Below, piece after piece: positions 24,957-35,942 of a DNA stretch of 64,000 bases. The position numbers and the translations under genes were made by a program. Numbering within the stretch: position 1 is the first letter of the stretch; each line of letters opens with the position of its first letter. The notes beneath the pieces were generated by a model. That model ran no database searches, was not told the origin of the DNA, and saw only the letters and a program-made list of their open reading frames with translations. Origin of the DNA: Takakia lepidozioides (Eukaryota > Plantae > Bryophyta); contig CM060731.1 of NCBI GenBank assembly GCA_030704615.1, positions 35,836,001 through 35,900,000 on the forward strand. The letters are read 5' to 3'.

Positions 24957-27900
24957 ATGGATTCTTTATCATCTGGTCTCAAAATCTTTCTCTGTCACAA
25001 AATGTCGAGGGTTGTAGTTGCAACTGGCAACTGCATGAATATAACTAGTGAAGGTCAGTGTCATGGGCGTCCATTGACCTCATCAACAATTAGTGTGACA
25101 ATCACTACATTTGAGAATGGCTATGGGACGATGCAATTGCCATATCCTCATATGGATGTAGACACACTAACTGAGGCTCTTAAGACACCTGTCATGTGGG
25201 ATTTGTGTGACATCTCTTTGGACTATTCTACCTCTAGTCCAAAATGTCATTTCTCGTCCGAAGATGGAGATGGATCAGAAGAATCCGTGGATGGAGAAAA
25301 TCCTCAGAGCCCTCTTGGAAGAAGTAATTGGAGAAATCGTATATGTATCATCTTAACGGAAGAAGGCGGTGACATCTACAAGGGAAGAATACACGCATGC
25401 ATTCCGGATGAGGTGGTACTTTATGACAAACTCGGGGAGGACTATGTTGGTGTTCTTATTGCTAGTGGGAGGATGTGGATCTCTCATGTCCATTATCAAG
25501 TGACCTTTGATTAGAACAAAATTCTTGCAAAATAAAATGTTGCTTTCGGAATATCTACAAAATTTCTACAGCTCCGAGATGGCTAGTGAGGCGGAGGATG
25601 GTGAGTGTAGTATAAGGAAGGCTCCTTACAGGCATTTTCGTAGATCCAAAAGAGGTGTTGTTTTGGATGAGTCTAGGAAATCAAAAAGGTTACTCTCGGA
25701 AAAGTCTATGAGAAAGGTCAGTAGCAAACCATGTTGTCAGCTTCGATGTTGTCAATTCTTTGACTGGAAGAAGACACTTGCTCTTCGCACCACATTTTGG
25801 GGATCTACCTTCGACAATAGACGAGAACTGGGATTTGACATTCCACGGAGACTACACAGACTCGAGGGGTCAACTCGTCGAACATACATTATTATTGAAG
25901 GAGTGGATATTTGCGAGAAGGCGTGGTGGACAATTCATGGAATTGGCAGGTCAACTTATATGGAATATAAAAGACTCAGCAAACAAGGAGTTATCTCTTC
26001 TGTGCATGGAAATTGTGGAATGAAGCGGCCCCGCCCAGAGACTGTTCAGGCTGAGGGGAACATATTGTCTATCATTAACGGGAACAGTGATTTCATGCCA
26101 CATAAGACGAGATGTATTGGTGAGGGTCGCCGAGATACACTCCGTGTACTACCTCCAGAGATTAATTGGAAACGAATTCGAGATGAGTCCAACGAGATGA
26201 GTATTCTTTCTCATCTACTTCTTATTTTGGACCTCTCTATAAAGACAATGTGAATAAGATGTGATTTGGTTGAGCAAATAATTTTTTTTACATCGATCGA
26301 TCAATAGTTTTTATTTATCTACTACGTGTATCAAGCTGATGAGATTACTACAGCAGACCTCGACATTAGTGTCAACGTTCTAATATATTCTTGGGCGCAC
26401 ATGACAGACCAATCAGGTTCTGGGCTTAGGGCTTATTTCTACGTCAGTAGTGAGTCGAATTAGAAAGAAGTTTTTCTCCAACGTCAAAGTCAGAAAAAGT
26501 GGAGGGACATTTGCAAAATGTACAGAGTGTGAGATGCTAAAAGACCTCATTAAGAAGTTTGTGAAAAGAAGTGCAGACCAAATGTGTCATAAGAAAGCTA
26601 TTGACAAACATTTGAAGCATCAAGAGTCTTGCCGGAGACTCTACCATAGCTGGAGGAATGAATTAGTTATGATGCCAACAGAATTCTTATGCATCATTCA
26701 TGATAAGATGGATCATTGAAAGACTGCTCTTCCACGTTTGCAAACAACGAACAAGATGATTTCAGGCTTGGGGCAGCTTCCAGTGTCTATGGCGGGTATC
26801 GTTACTCACGGTCACGGAGATGGTGCGTACGCTCAATATTGGATGGATTTTTGGCCAGCAGATCCCAACTTCGTTATAGGATCTTTGGCTAGAATTTTGC
26901 GACAATTAGAGAAACCAACATGTCGTGAATCAAGGGCCTTTTTCGACAACCCCAAACTGATTTCTTTGAAGTCATAATGAGAGGAAAAATCCAGGTGTTT
27001 GGATGTTTTGAAGTCTTTGTTCTAAAAATGATAAGAAATGAACGATTCTATTACCATGAAGATTGTATCTACAAATGGACAATTGTGTCAAAGACAACAA
27101 GAACAGGTGGATGTTGGTGTTCTTATCACTGCTTACTGCAAGAGGGGTGTTCGAAGAAATTCAACTTGGTTTCCTCATGGTTGGCCATACACATGAGGAC
27201 ATTGATGCTTATTTTAGTTACCTTTCGAAGAAATTGAAAGAGATAGCACCTATGTTCTTTCCGATCTCATGAAAAATTTCATGATATCTCAAGACCTACA
27301 ATTCATTCCGCAAATAATTCAAGAAGTTCTAGACTTCAAGGATTTTGTCGATGGTTTTATTTTGGAGGGGAAGGAGGCTTTGGTTGGAGCTACGGAAATG
27401 CACATTTTTCAGTTTTTTGTTGATTCGGATAGCTGGCCTTTAATGCAATACAAAAAATCTGCAACAGATTCCGATTGGCTCCAAAAAATGGCAATGTCAA
27501 AATGTGGAAAACAAAAAACGATGGTTCTCCAATGCTTCCAGTTGGACAGCCAAAACCGCTCCGTAAGATACCTATTTGGGAAGATGGTGAAGAAGCATCG
27601 GAGAAACAATCTTGCATCAAGTCCGCTATTAAAAAATACATGGATTTTTGGAAAAAAAATGACGCTCTTGGATGATCAATATGGAAATATCATGAAACAA
27701 TATGATCAATATTGGGCGGATATTCTTGAAGAACTTGACCTTCCGTTGGAGGAGCCAAATGACGAACTTATCGAAGGATTTTGGCCAGTAACAAAATGGG
27801 TCGAACACCATAGGAGAGACGGTGTTCATAGACAGTCTCAAGACGCATTGTCCGATAATGAAGATATTGTGGAACCGTATTGTGGACCGAGATGTGACCG

Positions 27901-28303
27901 TCCAAAAATACCGTTGAATCCATTCAAGGATATTGAGAAGGGATTCTTTGTCCTTGTTCGTCCAAATGATACAGAGACTTTTCCTGTTTGGATGGGAATG
28001 ACAATATCGGATGTTGTACGAGATAAAGAAGATCGCAATTACAAAAAGCTTCTTGTGGAGTGGTGGAGACCGAAGAAATGGGGCAATCCTACAGATGCGG
28101 ATAGATAGAAAGATTGTTGGTCCAAAAATTGGGAGTTCAACCCAATGGATTCCGCTTAATGGATTCATGTTGACAATGTAGTGTGGACAATCCCACCGAG
28201 AAAAAATACGACAAAAGCAAGCACAAAAAAGATAACTGCTCGAGAGGCGGACAATGCTAGAGCAAATTTGGAATTAGTAAATCGTCAAGATAATGAAAAC
28301 TAA
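24957..28303 (+). pseudogene. Sola-like DDD transposase, disrupted
   Basis: N-terminal VATG...CHG...LPYP...W module (as in plant Tnp-associated domains), CCQLRCC, ICEKAWWTIHGIG and FAKCTEC. Catalytic-like IIHDKMDH / LQMDNCVKDNKN / FLMVGHTHEDIDAYFS. Intron 26197-26407 has a GT>AT donor; several frameshifts and stops; final stop 28301-28303. Confidence 0.75.
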
Positions 28304-28479
28304 AATGGTATGAATGCAGACAACTCTCCAACTTTCTTGTTTTCTTGTAATGTTTTAAATATGACTTTGAATGATGGATAAAAAATAATAGTTCTACTCA
28401 ATTATAATGTTGTTCATTCTTCTAGCCAAATTTGGACCGCTTTCAATAAAATTTGTATGAATAAATTTTGTTACAGTGG

Positions 28480-29421
28480 TTGGGATTTAAAAAAAAAACC
28501 TTTTGCTTAGTAATACTTGCAAGTTTTTATATAACCTCCTAAACATTTTTTTTTTTTTTTTTTTTTTGGATTGGTTTGGATTTTTTAATGACATTTTTAT
28601 AGGTCCTAAATGTTACTCTTTCATAATATTTGTTTATTATCTAATATACTTTAGCTTAGCCTAAGCCCAATACCACAAAAATATCTTTGTAATGTTTGAA
28701 GTTTGAGACTTGGAATTAATTATTTTTCTAACTTTGAGGTTGTATACTAGAGTGGTTGGAATATTTAATTGAAAATTTGTATAGGTCCTAAACACTCTCC
28801 CATCACCCCTATCATTCATACTTTTGCCGGAGACTTAACCCTATAGTCTTAACCCTATAGCCTAAAACGTAATTGCTACATTTAAAGCTCAATTAATTGT
28901 ATTTTCCAGCTTACATATATGACAGAGTCATCGAGATATTTACTTTAAAATTCTTATTCTTCCATATGTTTTTTTTCACTTGAAGTACTTTTGTTTATCC
29001 GAAACCCTAGTATACCGCAAAACTTCATTCAAATGTTTGAAGTTCATTCATTTTGAGCTTTGGATTAATACAAATTACAATGGTTAGAATATTATATTGA
29101 CTTGATTGTTGAATGTTTTAAAAAATTATAGGTCCTAAACATTCATGCATATTTTTATGTGGTTCAAACTTTTATTTCTTATAAACTTTATGCCCCTAAA
29201 ACCTTATATCCATGTTTGAAGCTTCTTAAGAAAGCAAATTTCTACTTTGGAATACAATGCATTCAAGGTTGGGATATTTGGTTGAAAGTTTTTATAGGTT
29301 CCATACACTGTTGTTGTTTTTTGAAAGTTTTTATAGGACCTCGTACACAAACTGTCTCTTCCATATTAGTTTCTTATTATAATTTTGTCCAACTCATATC
29401 CATGTTTGAAGCCCAAGTCCC

Positions 29422-29455
<34 letters not shown>

Positions 29456-30780
29456 TTTGTTTTTCCCCTCCCATTTCTCAATTTTTCAGCTTTGGGATAC
29501 AATAGAGTGGGGACGTGGTCGGAATAAATTTTAATCCCAACATGTATAAGATTGAATTAGCTCATTAAAACAATTGCTTAGTATTACTTGGTAGCAATTT
29601 TGTATGGAACTTCCTTATAAGCACTTTTCAACCCTTTGTTAGATTGAATAGATTGTTTTTTTTTTTTTTTTGGCTAGTACTAAGCTTTGGGGACTGAGTC
29701 TATCTACGATATTTAATTGAGAGATTTTATATGTCTTAATTACAATTGTAAATTTGTTTGTCATTGAATAGTACTAAATTTGCTGACCCTAAATCCTAGT
29801 ATTTCACCCTAAAATTGTTTTTTGATTGTTTGAAGCTCATTATTTTTTTCCCCCCATTGACTCATTTTTAATAAGATAAAGTGGTCTGGATTTTTAATTG
29901 ATATTTTTGTAGACCCTAAGTTCAATTCTTTCATATTTGTTCTTACCTATACTTTAGCTTAATAGCCTAAGCCCAGTACCCCAAAAATATTGTAATGTTT
30001 GAAGCTCACTCAAAAATTTCTTTTCTAACTTTGGGGTTGCATACTACTAAGGGTTGTTGGATATATTTAATGAAATTTTGTATTGGTCCTAAACAGTATC
30101 CCATTATTTGTATCATTCACACTTTTGCTTGTTCTAAATCCTAGTATACCCTAAAACATCATTTGAAGCTCATTGATTCAATTTATTCTAGCTTATATGT
30201 ATGATAGAGTCCTTGGGATATTTACTCGGAAATTCTTATATGTTCTACACACTTGTCCATATTTTGTACTTGATAGTACTTTTACCTCTCCAATCCCCTA
30301 TACCCTAAACCTCATTCAAATATTTGAAGTTTATTCAAATCATTTTTCCAGCTTTGGGTATAATACAATTATGGTTAAAATATTACTTGATTGAACGTTT
30401 TTATAGGTCATAAACTTTCCTGCATATTTGTGTGATTCATACTTATAATTTTTCTAAAACTTTATGCTCCTAAAACCTTATATCTATGTTGGAAGCTCAT
30501 TATAAAAACACATTCTTACTTTGAGGTACAATGTATTCAAAGTTGAAATATTTGATTGAAAGTTCTTATAGATTCGATGCACTGTTATTTTTTTTTTCCC
30601 CCCTCTTCATACTTTTTTCTTATCCTAAACCCTACAATACCTCGAAACCTCATATCCCGAAGCGAGTCATTGAAAATATAAATGTACATAGCTTTCAACT
30701 TTGGAGTACATTGATACTTTGGTTTGGAGAAATTATTTCGATTAAAAATGTCTAGAAGTTCCATAGGTTCCATACATTTT
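28480..30780. repeat. AT-rich degenerate repeat array
   Basis: Recurring ataggtcctaaa / tgtttgaagctca motifs every ~150 bp. Higher-order duplication ~28590-29330 vs ~29880-30570. Confidence 0.6.
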
Positions 30781-30974
30781 TTCACATTTTATTAATGTTG
30801 ATTCGGATTTCTCTTGTGAGTAAGACTTTTTTATTTCGTTGTACCGTTTTGATTTTTGAATACCTTTTAGTTCGCCTTCGGGCCTTGTATTCATGTGTTA
30901 GTATTCATAAATTTATATCCGTGGTTACTCTTTTGCAACAGTCAATTTGGATCCATGAACGCAAGGTTGAGAAA

Positions 30975-31140
30975 CTCCCAAGACTCCGGGCCGGGGAACC
31001 ACAAAAGGTCTGTCGGTAACATGAACTGTAACTTTCCTGAAACGAAATCTCTCCTTAAACAATTCACCGCCAGTTGGAGGTGGCCGGTAGCAGAGGAGTC
31101 CGTTGACACTCAATATTAACAATATCCGTTTCTTCTTCCC
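30975..31140 (-). pseudogene. Truncated paralog of the Asp-less FCP1-like domain
   Basis: LILSVNGLLCYRP...GGELFKERF...PFVVPRPGVL aligns with LIILSINGILCYRP...GREMFKNRF...PFVIPRPGVV at 13317. Confidence 0.75.
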
Positions 31141-31775
31141 CGAAGTGGCAAATGAAGGTTGATGGACGATGCCATCCTGCGCAATTTAAGTGTTCCCGCA
31201 GTAAAAAACAACGCGATGTAGTGTTTCTTAGTTTCAGAGTGACCTCTACGTTTTCAGAGACATTTTTTCTTCTCTATATGGCCCTTCTTGTTTCCGTTGG
31301 GGGATCATTTTTGCAATCTTCTTATGTCGCACTGAATCTCGAATGTCCAGTGGACGTTCTCGTCCTTTGTTTCTGGTTTGCTGGATTCTGGCCTGCTATA
31401 CGTTTTGGTCAACAAAGAATATCATGTGGGGGAGTTTCGCCTACATAACATATAGATCACAAGAACAAAATGGGCGGGCACGACCACTGGAGTCTTCAAA
31501 TTCGATCAAAGAGGTTTTTAACAACGGAAGAAAATAGCCTATTTCCAATCCTTCTCTGAAACATTGGACTTGCTTTTCGCATAGCCAATTCTCCCACTGA
31601 AGTCTCCCACTAGGAGGAGCCTTAGTCAATCGTTGTTGACATACTTTTCAATTTGTCAGTCCCGAAGTTTTTCTCTGAGGTTTTCCTCCATTTTCCCTCT
31701 AAGCTCTACGACTTTTCTGCACCAAATTTTCATTTCATTTCATTTTCATACTTCTCATCTTAGGCCTTGGTTTAA

Positions 31776-32598
31776 CCCTTAAGTTCCCAAGCTTTTTTTT
31801 GACTTTATACCAATTTTGGGTACCCAGTTGCGGTAAATTGCCCCTAAAAACCTACCAAAAATCATCCAGAGATTCAAGCCTTATAGTAGTGGGCACAGCT
31901 CATTTATGCATGACATACCAAAAAATGAGCCAAGTCCACCGTGGAAATTGTGAGATTATAGCGTTGGCCCAGACCTCAAATATCAGCTCCCAAAAATAAA
32001 GTGAGAAAGAAATTTGTTTGACCAAATCAAAACCTAGCCTTATCCAATTTTTCTTGCCCCAAGACCCACCATTTCCAAATCAATAGTGGAGTTGCTATGA
32101 CCCCACAAAATTGCAGGTCCAACTGATTTTTTCACCTATGCTTGCTATGCATGCAATTACATGGGGGTTGAAATCTCAAAATTGACAAGAGAAAATGTGC
32201 CTCCAAATGAAGTACTTTTTTTTCTACAAATTTTTTGAAAGCCAATGGTGGATGTGTGTATGTAATGCTCACACACCAAATGGTGAAGTGCTTTTTCCAA
32301 AATTGCTAATTTTCTGCCAAAAATGGCCTTTGGAGTGCAATCTGTTTTGGGCTTGTTTTACTGCCACGTCGGTGGTCAACAAGCCCTTTTCAGGCCCAAA
32401 ACGTAAAAATGAGATCTAAGATATTTTTTGTAGGTCGCAGTTTTTGTTTTTTCTTAGTTTTGTTTTTTGCATCATACTCGAGACAAATCCCTTGTCATTA
32501 AAGCTTCGGGAGTGGGCCCCATCAGATTAGATCTGCAAAAATTAGGTCGAACCTCAAATTCAAAGTGACCCGATTCAGGTCGCTTGGGAACTTAAGGG
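31776..32598. mobile_element. piggyBac-type MITE copy 1
   Basis: Perfect 17-bp TIR CCCTTAAGTTCCCAAGC; TTAA at 31772-31775 and 32599-32602. Confidence 0.85.
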
Positions 32599-33779
32599 TT
32601 AAGAGAGAATTTCACATGTCATTTTCCGTTGTTCAAATTTTAAGCAATTTTTATTTCTCATAGTTTTTATTTGATGGTATGACTTTTTATCCTCTCTCAT
32701 GTTTTCTTCAGATCCATTTTCTCTCACCAAGTTCTAGCGACTGTGAGTCTTCCATATTTGTTTGTCCAATAGTGTTCTTAAACCCAAACCGAAAACCCTA
32801 CCTTTATCATCACCCCTAAACCATTAATCTTACCATAAACCAATAACTTTAATGTACTACCCTAGTTACACTCCAAACCTTATTGTTTAACCATGTATGA
32901 TGTTATATCTTCTCAATGTTTCATGCTCTTTTAATATTTTCTTTTGTTGGATAAGGTATGATAGAATGATTACAGGGATATCAAATTCCTCAACTATTTC
33001 TTAATTCTACCGAGTGTGAGTCCATCATATTTGTTTGTCTTTTTGTACCCTAAATCCAAACCCTAAACCCTTACCTTTACTGTAAACCCAAACCTTATTA
33101 CACTTCTCTCTAGTTACACCCCAAACCTTATTGTACTACCCTAGTACCTCTTCTGAATGTTTCATGCTATTCTAATATTTTACTGCCTTGTCATATCCAA
33201 AACATGATTCATTCCAATGGCGTGGTATGTGGACATTGTGCTTTATATGAAGATTCAATCAATAAAATTACTAGCAAGTTGTATCGAGTATGGTAGAGTA
33301 CGAGTTTGGCCCATGTTCGATGCGACCCATTTGTTTATCATGATCATGCAATGGAATTTTACTTTATTCGACTTCCAAGTGGACGTTCAATGAATTGTTC
33401 AATACTGCTACTTCACATTGAGCACTTCAATGTCAAATGGACCTCTTATATGACACATTTTGAAACAAGTATGACATCACCTGAAATTTCACAAAGTTCA
33501 ATCACACATTACACCATGATATTATTAATATTTCAATTAATTTAAATATAAATATATATTAAGTTTAGTCAAGATTTAAGCCAAAAGTCCAGAATTAATT
33601 AAAATATCTAACTTAGCTTGAACTGGATCAAAGTTATTTTCAACTCGAGATGCAAATTTGCACCCACAATTGATAGAAAAATATAAGTCATCTAATACCC
33701 ATAATTCCAAAGAATAATTCAGTAATGGATCAGCAATAATTGTACCTTGTCGTAACGGGAGTACTTAATTATCATATCG

Positions 33780-34716
33780 CCCCTTCCCGGATTTTTTGGC
33801 CAAGTTATATCATTTGGAATGTCCACTTGGGCAGTCCTGATGGACACATGTGTCATGCCTCCACAAGTATTATCATCGTTCCTAGACAACCAGCATGTAG
33901 CCCAGTGGTAATGGGCACATACCATGGTGGATGTGGTTGTGGGTTCAAACCACGGTCTGGTGTGTCATGAAGGTGTCCACCTTTTAGCTGGAAGACAATA
34001 GCCCTTGTGGTGAAGAGACACCATAAGTTATGCTCCCTTTGGGAGACGTCATACTTTACTTTACTTCATCGTTCGTAGTATATTGGCATGTCCAAAGCAA
34101 GAGCCCTAAAAAGGCTCACTTACACATGAAACCACTGACCTCAATGCTTGTGTCATAGTTGAAAGGTTGCTTCCCCCGTCTTTGACATAACATATGATCT
34201 TTTTGGTTAGTGAGAATTTGTCAAGTAGGGCCCACAACTTGATGGCCATAGCGTCCGGTCTGTGTTACTTCAAACATGCCAACTGTTAGATAATTGGGCT
34301 CCCAGCCAACCGTGAAGAAATTCACGACAACAACAAACATGTCATGTGCTCCCTTAGAATCAAAGCTCGCATTTGTTGATAAACAAGTACACATTGCAGA
34401 GATGACATAAGTATGTGTTGTGCGTTCCACGAATCTTGGCAGCACTCCATCTTTAAAAATCTTACAGGATGGAAAAACTATCCTAGGACACAACCGAAGT
34501 GCCATCCTTTGATGCCAATTGATTGAATAGTTCTCAAGGCATATAACTTTTGATGACAAAGAGGAGCAAATTTTCCAAATAACTTTTTGAACCTCGTGAT
34601 CCTTCTTGAAAGGTCAATAGCTCCAAACAAGATGATATTGAACTAGGTATCAAACCAAGTTTTTTCTTAGCACGTTGTCTATCCAAAGGACCTTTCACCC
34701 GACTTTGAAACTTCAT
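33780..34716 (-). mobile_element. hAT-like transposase fragment (upstream part)
   Basis: SFD..SKGAHDMFVVVVNFFTVGWEP, KKIICYVKDGGSNL, CFGH and ITWPK; interrupted by a SINE. Confidence 0.65.
33882..34065 (+). mobile_element. tRNA-derived SINE
   Basis: A-box TAGCCCAGTGGT, B-box GGTTCAAACC and a (CTTTA)n tail. 9-bp TSD TCATCGTTC at 33873-33881 and 34066-34074; removal restores the hAT reading frame (QYTTNDDNTCGG). Confidence 0.8.
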
Positions 34717-35699
34717 GCTGATACTTCTCTAAGACTAAAAGATGCTCCAATTCAAGATGCTTTTTCATTGGGGTAAATACCATCGGTCTTATTAAACGTA
34801 ATAAGCCATTTGCGCATTTACTGTGGCATTACAACATATTATGCATCACATCACCTAGGGATTTTCGACATCAACCGATTGGTGGTCATTGACAATGAAA
34901 AAAGCCCATGTTGGTGAGGTGCGATGGTATCACTTCCAAAAAGCCCATTGCTCTCCTAGTTGCCCAAGTTGGTGTTCCAATAGTGGGTCCCACAATTCCT
35001 CAATGCTCGCTACCAACCTGTGGTCTTGTGTCCATCACATGTTGACAGGCCAGTGTTGCTAGAAGGTTGCAATGCAAGTGATAGTGCATTGTCTTCCGAC
35101 TTTGGAACACAAGCTGAAAGATTATAGATGTAATCAAGTTCAATAAACAATCCATGGAGGCAGTCCATCATTAGATTATAACCCTAGAAATATAAAACGT
35201 CGCATGGGGTATGATCAAATGCTTAAAACAAAAGATGACTCTAATAGTTCAAGGATCGAACTTTTGTGAAACAAAACGCCATTGTGAAATAACAAATGAT
35301 GAGTGAGACATACCTTGAAGATACAAGGCGATTCCATGCAAGATCCACAAATCGCCGCCTTTTCATAAATCCAACGCCGCCCTTCAGAAATAACCTCCGG
35401 TTTAAAATGCCGGATATACGTGTTCATAACCTGGATCGGTTCATATCAAATAAATAAAATTAAAAATTTACATCCGGTTATCCCATCTTTTCGTATCCGA
35501 CAGTTCTTAACGGAGGCGGATATTTGATTTTTGGCCTTTGGCAGATCCACATATATATATATCCGGGTTGGGATCCACCGGGGGTTTGAGGCTGAATCAA
35601 ATATCCGCGCAATACTGAAAATAACCTCTTTCACAATAACCTCGTTGTGAAGGCTTTCGCCAAGTGAAGGGGGAAAAGAACATACCACACCCATCTAGG

Positions 35700-35775
35700 T
35701 AACAGGATTAGATCCTAGAATCATCTGGGTGGCCTCAGTGCACTATCCAACTGAGCTAGCGACTGTTGGACTGAC
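35700..35775 (-). repeat. tRNA-derived SINE-head fragment (related copy ~44312-44372)
   Basis: The reverse strand has TAGCTCAGTTGG and a degenerate B-box; a homologous copy lies near 44320. Confidence 0.5.
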
Positions 35776-35942
35776 CTCCTTACTTTTGTTAAATCTATTA
35801 AAAAGGGGGATGGAAGCCCTTGAAATGAAAAGGGGATGGAAACCTATCAAACAAAGTTTAGCGGGAACTGCTCCCCTTTCGATTTATAACAAATAAATAC
35901 ATACTTTTGGAAAATATACAATAACAATCATATAAGTTGGTA

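Larger units (their letters stand above)
12034..26379. repeat. Dispersed 24-bp palindrome family, consensus AACSTCGACATTAATGTCGASGTT
   Basis: Clear copies start at 13411, 14903, 15735, 17322, 19048, 19123, 20246, 20995, 21188, 21304, 21420, 21570, 21671, 21822, 24427, 24716 and 26356. Degenerate copies at 12034, 23543 and 24918. Confidence 0.9.
11601..33618. mobile_element. Giant (~22 kb) DNA transposon with Sola-like DDD transposase and cargo genes, decayed
   Basis: The left end is GAGCAATAAACTCA-ATTTTAACTAATTCCGGACTT; 11615-11635 matches the reverse complement of 33585-33605 at 19/21. TAGCTTGAA is repeated directly at 11592-11600 and 33614-33622. The element splits a hAT-like gene, and a private palindrome is confined to this interval. 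The right boundary is approximate. Confidence 0.65.

Noticed and set aside
32780-33130. Interstitial telomeric array
   Set aside because: Only isolated AAACCCT-like units within a local duplication.
33882-33960. Functional tRNA gene
   Set aside because: A/B boxes are present but there is no complete cloverleaf; the tail and TSD identify a SINE.
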